Shown in pieces: positions 29,416 through 39,133 of a stretch of 64,000 bases of DNA. Every line of letters begins with the position of its first letter. The first letter of the stretch is position 1. The notes beneath the pieces were generated by a model. That model searched no databases, was not told where the DNA came from, and saw only the letters and a program-made list of their open reading frames with translations. This DNA is from a candidate division WOR-3 bacterium (GTDB lineage Bacteria; Hydrothermota; Hydrothermia; B15-G9): NCBI GenBank assembly GCA_015489175.1, contig WGAI01000012.1:36307-100306 (forward strand), given 5' to 3'. A program made the position numbers and the translations under genes.

Positions 29416-31521
29416 ATGGTGCTCTATGGATTGATAGGTGGGTCGTTGGCGATACTGTTTGCGCTTTACCTGATTTATCGTGTAATGCAGCATGATGAGG
29501 GAACCCAGAGGATGGTCGAGATCGCGTCCTATGTGCGAGAAGGAGCCCAGTCCTATCTCAAACAGCAATACAAAGTTGTGGCCATCGTGTTTGTGATAAT
29601 TGCTGTTCTGATGCTTATCCTTGTGGCTGCGGACATGATGGAGGCACCTGCTCCATGGCTGTTCCTTGGTGGTGGTTTTCTGTCTGCCCTTGCCGGTTAC
29701 ATCGGAATGAGCATAGCTACAAGAGCGAGTGCCCGCACTGCCAATGCAGCTCGTGAAAGCCTCAACAAGGCGTTGAGGATAGCGTTTTCCGCTGGTGCTG
29801 TCATGGGTTTGATGGTCGTTGGCCTTGCCCTTCTCGGAATTACCATCTCCTATATCATTTTGAAGGCCGTTTATGGAGGGGATCTTACAAAGATAACCGT
29901 TGTGTTGCTCAACTTTGGGATGGGGGCGTCGTTCGCTGCCCTGTTCGCCCGTGTTGGCGGCGGAATTTTCACCAAAGCCGCTGATGTCGGAGCCGATCTC
30001 TCAGGTAAAGTTGAGGAGAATATCCCTGAAGACGACCCGCGTAATCCGGCTGTTATCGCTGACAATGTTGGCGACAATGTGGGTGATGTTGCGGGTATGG
30101 GGGCAGACCTTTATGAGAGTTATGTAGGCTCGATAATCGCCACGATGTCTCTGGCAACGGTCGCCGGGCTTGGTATGAAAGGGGTTGCTCTGCCGGTTAT
30201 GGTCGCAGCCGCCGGCATAGTTTCGTCGATAATAGGCACTTTCTTCGTCAAAGCCAGAGAAGATGCCTCTCAGCAAAACCTTTTGATGGCGCTGCGTCGC
30301 GGAATTTGGTCTGCAAGTATAATCATAATCATTTTGGCTTATCTCCTTGTGAAACAGCAAATTCCCGGTAACATCGGTGTCTTCTGGGCTGTGATCATAG
30401 GCCTGATTGCCGGCTTGATCATTGGTTACAGCACTGAGGTGTTCACATCTGACGCCTATCGATGGACGAGAAAGATATCCGAATCCGCCCAAACCGGAGC
30501 TGCAACCGTGATCTTGCGCGGCCTGTCTGTTGGAATGATCTCGACCGCCATCCCTGTCATCGTGGTGGCCACTGCGATAGTTGCAAGTTATTTCGTTGCA
30601 GGTGGATGGAAGGATTTCAACATGGGGCTATATGGCATCGGGCTTTCGGCAGTTGGCATGCTCTCGGTGCTTGGCATAACGCTTGCCACTGACGCCTACG
30701 GCCCTGTGGCTGACAACGCCGGCGGGAACGCTGAGATGAGCGGGCTTCCTGAGGAGGTGCGCAACAGGACTGATGCACTCGATGCTCTCGGAAACACAAC
30801 AGCAGCGACAGGTAAAGGTTTTGCCATAGGTTCGGCCGCTCTCACGGCACTCGCTCTGGTGGCTTCTTACCGCAATGCATTGCAGTTCTGGATAGACAAG
30901 TTCCAACTTCCGCCTGAGACGGTGCACAATCTTATCAAGCCGATTCTGACTGATCCCATGACCATTGCGGGCGTGTTTGTCGGAGCGATGATGCCGTTCC
31001 TGTTCTCCGCATTCGCCATCGACGCGGTCAGCGAGGCGGCTGAGAGAATAGTCGATGAAGTCAGACGTCAATTCAGGGAAATCAAGGGGCTGCTCGAAGG
31101 GAAGGCTAAGCCCGATTATGCCAGAGCTGTCGAGATCGCCACGAAAGAGGCACAGAAGAGGATGACGGTGCCATCCCTCATGGCTGTTATCGTGCCGATT
31201 TTGATAGGTTTTCTTCTTGGCCCCAACGGCGTGATAGGACTTTTGATAGGTGCTCTGACTGCCGGCTTTGCCATGGCTCTGTTTATGGCTAATTCAGGTG
31301 GTGCGTGGGACAACGCCAAAAAATACATAGAGAAAGGTAACCTCGGTGGCAAAGGCACAGATGCCCACAAGGCATCTGTCGTGGGTGATACCGTTGGTGA
31401 TCCACTTAAGGATACTGCTGGTCCTTCGCTCAACATCTTGATCAAACTCATGTCGATGGTTTCGATCGCATTCGCCGGATTTGTGCTCAAGATCACGATC
31501 GTCAGGCTTTTCATCAAGTAG
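29416..31521 (+). CDS. hppA: membrane-bound K+-dependent H+/Na+-translocating pyrophosphatase
   Basis: The DNVGDNVGD motif and multiple TM helices. GNTTAATGKG has Ala rather than Lys, the K+-dependent subfamily signature. 701 aa. Confidence 0.92.
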   Translation: MVLYGLIGGSLAILFALYLIYRVMQHDEGTQRMVEIASYVREGAQSYLKQQYKVVAIVFVIIAVLMLILVAADMMEAPAPWLFLGGGFLSALAGYIGMSIATRASARTANAARESLNKALRIAFSAGAVMGLMVVGLALLGITISYIILKAVYGGDLTKITVVLLNFGMGASFAALFARVGGGIFTKAADVGADLSGKVEENIPEDDPRNPAVIADNVGDNVGDVAGMGADLYESYVGSIIATMSLATVAGLGMKGVALPVMVAAAGIVSSIIGTFFVKAREDASQQNLLMALRRGIWSASIIIIILAYLLVKQQIPGNIGVFWAVIIGLIAGLIIGYSTEVFTSDAYRWTRKISESAQTGAATVILRGLSVGMISTAIPVIVVATAIVASYFVAGGWKDFNMGLYGIGLSAVGMLSVLGITLATDAYGPVADNAGGNAEMSGLPEEVRNRTDALDALGNTTAATGKGFAIGSAALTALALVASYRNALQFWIDKFQLPPETVHNLIKPILTDPMTIAGVFVGAMMPFLFSAFAIDAVSEAAERIVDEVRRQFREIKGLLEGKAKPDYARAVEIATKEAQKRMTVPSLMAVIVPILIGFLLGPNGVIGLLIGALTAGFAMALFMANSGGAWDNAKKYIEKGNLGGKGTDAHKASVVGDTVGDPLKDTAGPSLNILIKLMSMVSIAFAGFVLKITIVRLFIK

Positions 31522-31548
31522 TGACTGCATGGATTTCGACAAAACGAT

Positions 31549-31579
31549 GGGGCAGGGATTTACCTGCCCCATTATTCTA
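31549..31579 (+). terminator. rho-independent terminator after hppA
   Basis: GGGGCAGG-GATTTA-CCTGCCCC followed by ATTATTCT. Confidence 0.7.
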
Positions 31580-31612
31580 AGCAGAACCTGATAACTCGCC
31601 GCCGCGCTTCTG

Positions 31613-34600
31613 TTGACTTTGATTTACGACAAAACTATAATCACCAGCATGAAAGGACTGCTTCTTAGAAGGGCAAGGGAACTTGAAGCAGCAGGTTTGC
31701 TCGATGAAGCCCTCAAGGTATATGATGAATTGATTTACATGTATCCAGCTGACCCTTCACTTTACAACTTTTATGCCGATCTCCTCCTGCGAAACAACAG
31801 AGTTCAGGATGCGATTGAAAGGTTATACAGGGCTGGTGAAATTTACGAAAAGTCAGGTTTTGACAAGTATGTGGAGGCTATTTTTAAGAAGATACTCTCC
31901 ATAAATCCCTTTGAAAGACGAGCTTTGATAAAGTTGACCCAATACTATTTGAAACACGACGAGGTGGATAAAGCGCTCGAATTCCGGAATCTTTACATAC
32001 AGTATCTTCAGGAGAATGGATTTGACATAGGGTTTGCTTCTGTGCTCAATGACATGAATTACCTCGTCCAAAACTTCAGCGATGACATGGATTTTGTCAA
32101 AAAGACAGCTGAAATAGCACTAAATTTCCCCACAGAGGCGGACACCGGCGACTTTCTTTTTTCAGTCGCAAAAATTTTCGAGACAAACGGAGAGGTCGAT
32201 TACTCGATCGAACTTTACCGTCAGATAGTCAGGAAAAATGCTCGGTGTTACAAAGCGTATTACGCTCTTGGACGGCTCACCAGCAACAGGGAATACCTTG
32301 AGAGGGCTAAAGAAGAGGCAATCAAGAGGCTGCTCAACAGCTTTGATTACAATGCTGCCCAAGTCGTTGCGAATGTGCTCCTCTCGGAAGGAAACAGAAG
32401 GGAAGCTTCCAGATTTCTATCTCTGGCCGCCAGACTTGCACTCGAGAAAGGTGACAGGAAATCCGCTCAAAAACATTTCCTCAAGGCCTATGAAACCAAT
32501 AATAACAACTTTGATGCCCTTGAAAGCTACCTTGAACTCGTTGACCAGCACGATGATGGGGCTCAGATTGCGTCGTATTACATAGCACTTGCGGCTCACC
32601 ACATCACGCTTGGCAACCTGAGAAAGGCAGAGGCTTTTCTGAGGGAAGCCGGCAACTATATCGAAAATTCGAGCGGGATCGATAAAATCATACGGAATAT
32701 CAAGGTGTTCAGAAGGGTAAAGTATGCAGGTCACGGGATTAAGGATCTGCTTGTTTCCTCCTTCATTCAGCCTGATGTTGACACGGAACTGCCGACAGGG
32801 ATCGATTTTCATTCGGAAATCTTCGAGCTCATCAACATGAAAGAAAGATTTTCGTTCGCATTGCTCAGGATTGACGGCATTTTTGAGCTTGAGGAGAAGC
32901 ATGGTTCGGATGCTGCTGATGCGTTTTTGAAAAAGGCTGAAACTTATCTTATCAAGGAGCTGGGCGGAGCGAAACTCGGACGACATGATCGAGACACTTT
33001 CATGGCACTATGGATTGGGATTGACCCCGAGACTGATAAGATAGTCGATAAAATTAAGTCCGCTCAATCTAAATTCAGTCAGGATGTGTTTCTTGAGAAT
33101 TACCGCGACTATCGGACAGGATTTTCAGCTGGTATTATGAGTTCTAAAGGCTCCGTTGAGCTTGTAGATTTCCTCAGGACATTTAAGAAAGCTCTTGATA
33201 TGCTGAAAACCGTGCGGGACAGCGTTTTTGAGGTGGAGGTTGAACGAGCTGCGATTCCAGATCTTTCCGTTTTCACTGGGAGGGAATCGATTTTGTCTGA
33301 TATGCAAAGCCGCGCCTTTGGCAGAGTTCAACTCGTGACAGGAAGCACTGGTCTTGGCAAATCTGTGCTACTCAATGAGTTCATAGACCGCATGGAGAGC
33401 GAAGATGTCTATCTAATTCCAGTCAGAGGGACGCCGACACCCAATCGCCGCGACTTTGAACCGTTGCTCTCAGGCATAGTGAAATTCATGAGCTCGCTAC
33501 CGCCTGCCGAAAAGAAAACCATCACCGCAAGAACAGGCGGAGAACTTCCCATCCCCGAAAATATGCCGTTTTCGCCCGATGACAAAAAGTTCGCTGTCTT
33601 CAAATGGATAGATAAACTGCTCGACCACATCGACCAAAATGGCAAACGCATTGTTTTTGTAGTCGATGACATGCACCACCTGGACAGTTCAAGCCTTGAT
33701 GTGATTCTCCACATCGCCAATAACCTTACGCAAAAGATCAGTTTGGTTCTGAGCATCAATCCCAACTCTGAAAACGCCACAGCGAAAAGCGCACTTGCTC
33801 AATTGGAACAAACTGATGGGTTTCTTAGGATCGAGCTTAAGCCATTTGGGACCAGCGAGATCACGGATTATCTGCTGAAAGTCTATCACGCATCTGAAAT
33901 CCCCGAGGGACTTGCTGATTTCATATCCGAAATGACGGGTGGCAACCCGTTTTCTGTTGCGGAACTTGTGCTTTTCATGGACAGAAACGGTCACATAGTC
34001 TCTTCTGACGGCAAGATTAGTTGGAATAGGCTCGAAGGTGCAGCCTTCCCATCAACGCTTGATGAACTTCTGGAAAACAAGATCGCTTCACAGGATTCCA
34101 CGCTCCTCAGAATCCTCCAGACGGCAGCTGTATTCGGTTATGCATTTGACTTTGATCTCATCAGAACCACATTCAAGGATTTCGATGGCAATGTTTTGCT
34201 CCGGCTAATGGAAAACGCAATTGCGGAAGACATTGTCAGAAGCGGCGTCAATTACGGCTACGATTACGAGTTTGTAAACGAGTTGGTCAGGGACGGGGTG
34301 ATCAACTCGATACAACCTGACAAAGCTCATGTAGTGCACAATGCGATAGCTCAATATCTTGAAAACGAGTATCTGGCTGGCCGAGGGGATGTGGTCGAGG
34401 ACATGGTGAGGCACTTTGGTAAAGCAGGTGATACCCGCAAAACCATGATTTATGCGATAATAGCGGGAGAGAGGGCGCTGTCCGACTTCCGATTTGACGA
34501 GGCAAAGAGTTATTTCAGCAAGGGCGTCGAGCTTTTCAGGCAGGACAGCGTGGAGCTTCCCGAAGGGTTTATCACAAGGCTTTTTGAGGGGTATGCGAAG

Positions 34601-36133
34601 GCGCTCGAACGGCTTGGCGAATACGAAAAGGCTGACAAGGTTTTGAAGGAAGCGCTTGAGGTTGTCCCAGACAATGCGAGGATCTACAATGCGATTGGCA
34701 ACATCAAACTTACGAGATCCGAGTTCAACGATGCGCTTGATGCGTTTTACAAAGCCCTTGAGCTTTCCAGCGAGGATATTAACAAAGCTACCACCTTGAT
34801 CAACATAGGCAAAACTTATTTCATTCAAATGGAATACGGCCATGCAATCTCATCGCTCATGAAGGCCGAGAGGATTTTGCTCGAACTCGAAAATAGAACC
34901 CTGCTGAGTGAGGTAAAGTTGTTCATAGGGGCAGTGATGCGAGCGCGGGGAGAGCTCTCAAAGGCCAGAATAAACTACAAGGAAGCACTTGAAATCGCCC
35001 GTTCAGTGGGAAATCTGCGCGGAGAGATACACGCACTCAACAATCTCGGCTCAGTCTTGAGAGCTATTGGTGATGTTGAACAAGCTGAGAGATTTTTGAG
35101 AGAAGCATTTGAGCTGGCTCAAAAGGCTGGTGATATCAGGGCACGCATCGTAGCATCGAACAACCTCGGCATGGTCAAAAAGGACAGAGGGGAGCTCAAA
35201 TCGGCAATAGAAATATTTAACTCTGTTATCCATCAATCCGAAAAACTCGGGCTCAGGGACTCTGTTACAATCGCCCACATCGAGCTCGCAGAAATCAATT
35301 TCCTACTCGGGAACCTTTCCGAGGCGGAAAAGTTTGCGCGCACTGCCATTGACATGGCGGTCGAACTCGGCAGAAACCACTATGAAGCCCTTGCTATGCG
35401 GCATCTTGCACTTATAAGGCTATACACAGGCGAATTCAAGGAAGCGCTTGACCTGATCGAGAAAGCAGAGAAAAAGCTTGGGTTCAGGTATTCTATAGAG
35501 TATCTGCCGCTGATAAAACTTTCGCGTGGAGACTATTATTACAGGTTGAAACGGTTTAGTGAGGCCATATTTGCGTATCGAGATGCCCTTAATAGGGTCG
35601 AGCTTGCAGATGTGAAGAAAGTTAAAGCTATTGCGTTGTCATCACTTGTGAACATCTACATCAACACTGATGACCTACTTGATGCCGATAAGTCCTTAAT
35701 AGAAGCTGATGTCAGCATGGGCAACTCACCAATCGCCGAAGCAAAAGTCAGGTATCTTGTTGCAAAAGCAGGCATAAATGCGATCAAAAACCTCAAGGAA
35801 GAGGCAATAGACGACATCGAAAGCGCAATTTCTGCCGTGAAAAGGGACGAGATCAAAATCTACACCCCTGAAATTCTGTTGATGAAGGCCTATGTCCTGA
35901 GCAAATTCGGCGACATTAAGGAAGCAGTTGATGTCCTACTTGACGCTTACAAAATCAGCCTGGATATGGGGATTTGGGGCGTTGCGTGGGAGATAGGATA
36001 TAGGCTTTTGCAACTGGCTCCACAGCAAGCGCCAAACATAGCGGGCGAACTCAAAGAAATGATATCTCGATTCAGGGAACAGGGCAATGAGTTTGTGCCA
36101 TCAATAAAACTACCTGACGAGGACGAAGCATGA
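31613..36133 (+). CDS. 1506-aa multidomain protein: N-terminal TPR - degenerate GGDEF-like domain - P-loop NTPase (AAA_16/STAND-like) - long C-terminal TPR array
   Basis: GGDEF-fold alignment FALLRIDGIFELEEKHGSDAADAFL...KLGRHDRDTFMAL...FSAGIMS...FKKALDMLK, with RHDRDTF replacing RYGGEEF. Walker A VTGSTGLGKSV. Walker B RIVFVVDDMHHLD. At least 10 TPR-like repeats with NNLG/NAIG cores downstream. Confidence 0.7.
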   Translation: MTLIYDKTIITSMKGLLLRRARELEAAGLLDEALKVYDELIYMYPADPSLYNFYADLLLRNNRVQDAIERLYRAGEIYEKSGFDKYVEAIFKKILSINPFERRALIKLTQYYLKHDEVDKALEFRNLYIQYLQENGFDIGFASVLNDMNYLVQNFSDDMDFVKKTAEIALNFPTEADTGDFLFSVAKIFETNGEVDYSIELYRQIVRKNARCYKAYYALGRLTSNREYLERAKEEAIKRLLNSFDYNAAQVVANVLLSEGNRREASRFLSLAARLALEKGDRKSAQKHFLKAYETNNNNFDALESYLELVDQHDDGAQIASYYIALAAHHITLGNLRKAEAFLREAGNYIENSSGIDKIIRNIKVFRRVKYAGHGIKDLLVSSFIQPDVDTELPTGIDFHSEIFELINMKERFSFALLRIDGIFELEEKHGSDAADAFLKKAETYLIKELGGAKLGRHDRDTFMALWIGIDPETDKIVDKIKSAQSKFSQDVFLENYRDYRTGFSAGIMSSKGSVELVDFLRTFKKALDMLKTVRDSVFEVEVERAAIPDLSVFTGRESILSDMQSRAFGRVQLVTGSTGLGKSVLLNEFIDRMESEDVYLIPVRGTPTPNRRDFEPLLSGIVKFMSSLPPAEKKTITARTGGELPIPENMPFSPDDKKFAVFKWIDKLLDHIDQNGKRIVFVVDDMHHLDSSSLDVILHIANNLTQKISLVLSINPNSENATAKSALAQLEQTDGFLRIELKPFGTSEITDYLLKVYHASEIPEGLADFISEMTGGNPFSVAELVLFMDRNGHIVSSDGKISWNRLEGAAFPSTLDELLENKIASQDSTLLRILQTAAVFGYAFDFDLIRTTFKDFDGNVLLRLMENAIAEDIVRSGVNYGYDYEFVNELVRDGVINSIQPDKAHVVHNAIAQYLENEYLAGRGDVVEDMVRHFGKAGDTRKTMIYAIIAGERALSDFRFDEAKSYFSKGVELFRQDSVELPEGFITRLFEGYAKALERLGEYEKADKVLKEALEVVPDNARIYNAIGNIKLTRSEFNDALDAFYKALELSSEDINKATTLINIGKTYFIQMEYGHAISSLMKAERILLELENRTLLSEVKLFIGAVMRARGELSKARINYKEALEIARSVGNLRGEIHALNNLGSVLRAIGDVEQAERFLREAFELAQKAGDIRARIVASNNLGMVKKDRGELKSAIEIFNSVIHQSEKLGLRDSVTIAHIELAEINFLLGNLSEAEKFARTAIDMAVELGRNHYEALAMRHLALIRLYTGEFKEALDLIEKAEKKLGFRYSIEYLPLIKLSRGDYYYRLKRFSEAIFAYRDALNRVELADVKKVKAIALSSLVNIYINTDDLLDADKSLIEADVSMGNSPIAEAKVRYLVAKAGINAIKNLKEEAIDDIESAISAVKRDEIKIYTPEILLMKAYVLSKFGDIKEAVDVLLDAYKISLDMGIWGVAWEIGYRLLQLAPQQAPNIAGELKEMISRFREQGNEFVPSIKLPDEDEA

Positions 36134-37626
36134 AGCAGCACATAATTTATGCCCATAAGGCATTTATAGACGGCAAATTTGACGAAAATGTCACCATCAG
36201 AATCATAGGCGATAAGATCGCAAGCGTTACTAAAGAGAGGGTTCCGGGATTTGGCAGCTACATAAGCATAGGGCCGGGTTATGCCCTATTGCCCGCTTTC
36301 GTTGATACTCACACCCACATGATCGGACGAGGTCTCCATCTTGTAAGGCCTAAACTGGACAAAGCAAGAACGCTCAAGGATGCACTTGAGGTTGTGGAGC
36401 AAGCAGTGAAGAACTACGATCTATCTGAAGTTGTTATCATTGAGGGATATGACGAGAGTTTCTGGCCTGAAGGCAGGGCGCCCACGCGTCAGGAGCTGGA
36501 TCAGGTTGCCCCTGCCCGGCCCGTGGTTTTGAGGCGAATTTGTGGACACATTGGAGTTGCCAATAGCAAAGCCCTCTCTATGATACCCATTGAAACCCCC
36601 GGAGTTGATAGGCGAGGTGGATTGCTCGTGGAGACCGTTCCGCTCAATATTTCAGACTATTTTCCGCCGACTGATAAGGAGCTTCAGGCTGCCTTATCCG
36701 CCGCCCAGAAGGAATTCTGGTCGCTTGGCATAGGCACAGTCAGCGAATTCGGGAAATGGGAGTTTATGCGGGTGTATCAGGAAGCACTTCGGAAGAGACA
36801 GCTGAAAATAAGGGTTTACTTCTCGTATTACCTCGAGCTTTTTGATGCCATAAAAAGGCTTGGGCTTCAAAGTGGTTTTGGTGATTCATATCTGAGAATT
36901 GGTGGTATAAAACTGTTTGCTGATGGTTCTGTTGGTGCGCGGACAGCGGCATTTTTCGATCCCTACAACGACGATCCTGAGAACTTTGGCAAGCTATTTT
37001 TCGACGCAAAGCGGATAGCTGACATTATTAGGCTTGCTGAAGAAGCAGGGCTTCAGGTCATCATCCATGCGATCGGCGATCGTGCAATCGAGGCGGCGAT
37101 AGATGGCATATCTCATGGCACGGATGGGAACAAAAACATGTTGCATCACAGAATTGAACACTTTGAGTTTCCGACGAAAGGGCAGATAGAGCGTGCCGCC
37201 AGCCTTAACATCAGAATCTCGATACAGCCTAACTTTGCGGTCAGATGGGGAGTCCCCAACGGCATGTATGAAAAAAGGCTTGGCAAGGAGCGGATGTATA
37301 GGAACAACCCGATTAAGTCCCTGATAGATTCTGGCGTTAAGTTCGCTTTCGGTTCCGACGCTATGCCTCCCTCACCTGCGCTCGGCATCAAAGCGGCAAT
37401 GATGCATCCCATTCCCAGAGAGCGCATCGACATGGAAACAGGGATAAGGCTTTACACCGAAGCCGCTCAGGATCTCATGTTTATGCCGGGAATAGGCAAA
37501 ATTCAGAGGGGATATTTCGCCGATTTCATCATCGTGAAACTGATAGATCTATCGGTTCAGGCTCTGGCCATAGGCGGGGATTTCGTTTACATGGTGCCCG
37601 AATATCGAAATTTGTTCAGAGTCTGA
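36130..37626 (+). CDS. metal-dependent amidohydrolase (Amidohydro_3 family), translationally coupled to the upstream multidomain NTPase
   Basis: VDTHTHM, carboxylated-Lys context IKLFADGS, HAIGDRA, HRIEH and GSDA motifs in amidohydrolase order. 498 aa. The start overlaps the upstream stop (ATGA). Confidence 0.8.
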   Translation: MKQHIIYAHKAFIDGKFDENVTIRIIGDKIASVTKERVPGFGSYISIGPGYALLPAFVDTHTHMIGRGLHLVRPKLDKARTLKDALEVVEQAVKNYDLSEVVIIEGYDESFWPEGRAPTRQELDQVAPARPVVLRRICGHIGVANSKALSMIPIETPGVDRRGGLLVETVPLNISDYFPPTDKELQAALSAAQKEFWSLGIGTVSEFGKWEFMRVYQEALRKRQLKIRVYFSYYLELFDAIKRLGLQSGFGDSYLRIGGIKLFADGSVGARTAAFFDPYNDDPENFGKLFFDAKRIADIIRLAEEAGLQVIIHAIGDRAIEAAIDGISHGTDGNKNMLHHRIEHFEFPTKGQIERAASLNIRISIQPNFAVRWGVPNGMYEKRLGKERMYRNNPIKSLIDSGVKFAFGSDAMPPSPALGIKAAMMHPIPRERIDMETGIRLYTEAAQDLMFMPGIGKIQRGYFADFIIVKLIDLSVQALAIGGDFVYMVPEYRNLFRV

Positions 37627-37628
37627 GG

Positions 37629-38510
37629 CTAATCGATATTTTTAAAACCTTCTCCAAAAACTTCATGCACATGAGAGACCATCATGAATGCCCTGGGATC
37701 TTCTTCCCGAACAATGCTTTTCACCCTTGCGAGCTCGCGCCGCCTTCTTAACACAGTCAGAACAACATCGATGTCCTTTCCGCTGTATGCTCCCTGTCCT
37801 TTCAAAAATGTGACGCCGCGGTTGACCTCGTTTATGATTCGTTTCGCTATTTTCTTGCCGTGCATGCTGATTATGATGACTTGAGTTGAGATCGCGACAC
37901 CTGTCAAAACGGAATCGATTGTGAAAGAATTCACTATTACGGCGAGAAGGGAATACATGCCTATCGTAATGCCAAAAGACGCGGCTGCGAAAAGTGTTAT
38001 TGTGAAATCTATCAGCAAAAGTCCTTTAGGCACATCGAGATCCGTCAGTTTTTTAAGTATCATAGCGATTATGTCGGTACCGCCTGTGGATGCGTCGGTG
38101 GAAAAGACCAGTGCCATGCCGGTGCCAGTTAGGAAGTCGCCAAACAGCACGGCCAGAATCATGTCGTTTGTGAGTCCATTCGGGGGCAAAAACCTTGAAA
38201 GTAGGTCAACAAAAACGGACAGCGCTACCGTGGCATAGAAGCTTTTGATACCAAATCCGAGGCTCAGTATCCTGATTGCTATCAAGAATAGCAATGCATT
38301 CAGAACCAGCATCGTGGCGCCTACCGGGACATGAAGGAGGTAATGCAATATGGTTGCAAGCCCGCTTACTCCACCAGCGGCTATCCTGTTGGGAACGAGA
38401 AAAAGGTCCAACCCCAATGCTACCAGTATAACTCCAAGAGTGATAACAGCGTAGGTTTTCAAAGGCCTGAAGTCCAATTGTCTGTTTTTTTGATGGGATT
38501 TCTTCTTCAT
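37629..38510 (-). CDS. YitT-family membrane protein (DUF161 + DUF2179)
   Basis: Five TM helices with the GGTD motif region (STGGTDIIAMIL) and a C-terminal DUF2179-like domain. 293 aa. Confidence 0.75.
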   Translation of the reverse strand: MKKKSHQKNRQLDFRPLKTYAVITLGVILVALGLDLFLVPNRIAAGGVSGLATILHYLLHVPVGATMLVLNALLFLIAIRILSLGFGIKSFYATVALSVFVDLLSRFLPPNGLTNDMILAVLFGDFLTGTGMALVFSTDASTGGTDIIAMILKKLTDLDVPKGLLLIDFTITLFAAASFGITIGMYSLLAVIVNSFTIDSVLTGVAISTQVIIISMHGKKIAKRIINEVNRGVTFLKGQGAYSGKDIDVVLTVLRRRRELARVKSIVREEDPRAFMMVSHVHEVFGEGFKNID

Positions 38511-38540
38511 AGTGGGCTCCGATTGGGGTAAAACGAAAAG

Positions 38541-38612
38541 AGCGGGAGACGGGATTTGAACCCGCGACCCCTACCTTGGCAAGGTAGTGCTCTACCACTG
38601 AGCTACTCCCGC
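38541..38612 (-). tRNA. tRNA-Gly (anticodon GCC)
   Basis: Minus-strand sequence GCGGGAGTAGCTCAGTGGTAGAGCACTACCTTGCCAAGGTAGGGGTCGCGGGTTCAAATCCCGTCTCCCGCT. It forms a cloverleaf with a 7-bp acceptor stem and TPsiC loop GGTTCAAATCC. The anticodon loop is CTTGCCAAG. Discriminator U; no encoded CCA. Confidence 0.9.
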
Positions 38613-38629
38613 TCAAATAAAGCGCTCAA

Positions 38630-38659
38630 ATTATAACCAAAAATTTTGTTTTCTGTCAA
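38630..38659 (-). promoter_or_regulatory. near-consensus sigma70 promoter for tRNA-Gly
   Basis: On the minus strand: TTGACA, 18 nt spacer, TATAAT, then 17 nt to the tRNA 5' end (TTGACAgaaaacaaaatttttggtTATAATttgagcgctttatttgaGCGGGAG). Confidence 0.6.
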
Positions 38660-38678
38660 CACGCCGACATCACTCATT

Positions 38679-38959
38679 TAAAATGTTACCGAAATGAGAC
38701 CGCTCACCAAATGATAATGTTACCAAAACGGAGGTAAAATATGCATAAAGTCCACCTATGAGCTTCTCTGAAAGGCGCAAACATTTGCTCCTGATGAGAC
38801 CTCGCTATAAAAAGCCTCAAGAAAGACATATCCTCCTCGATGAAATGCAACAGATCACAGCTCTCCACCGTAAGTCAATCATCCTGCTTCGCCTACCTTT
38901 CCCGATCAAGGAAATACACTTCGATAATGGGAGCTAACATTTTCTCGGTAACATTTTCA
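38679..38959. repeat. inverted/direct repeat set (AAAATGTTACCGA core) upstream of the tRNA-Gly promoter
   Basis: AAAATGTTACCGAAA at 38679-38693, related ATAATGTTACCAAAA at 38714-38728, and the reverse complement TCGGTAACATTTTCA at 38945-38959. GAAATGAGA also recurs at 38691 and 39006. Confidence 0.5.
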
Positions 38960-39099
38960 TTTGACTTGAAACGGCGAATCCTGCTGAACATAACACCACA
39001 AAATATGAAATGAGATGTGAAAAAAATGTTTTTTTCATTTCAACAAAATCTCAACCTTCGTGTCAAACTTGGGTTCGGGCTAAAGTGGCAGTGGACACG

Positions 39100-39133
39100 A
39101 AAAATAAAAGGGTGCCACCATAAGGTGACACCC
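39100..39133 (-). terminator. rho-independent terminator of the alpha-galactosidase-like gene (minus strand)
   Basis: On the minus strand: GGGTGTCACC-TTAT-GGTGGCACCC followed by TTTTATTTTTCG. Confidence 0.85.

Noticed and set aside
38206-38616. 136-aa minus-strand ORF spanning the tRNA-Gly region
   Set aside because: It overlaps the tRNA-Gly gene and the yitT 5' end. Its translation is dictated by the tRNA sequence. It is not a real CDS.
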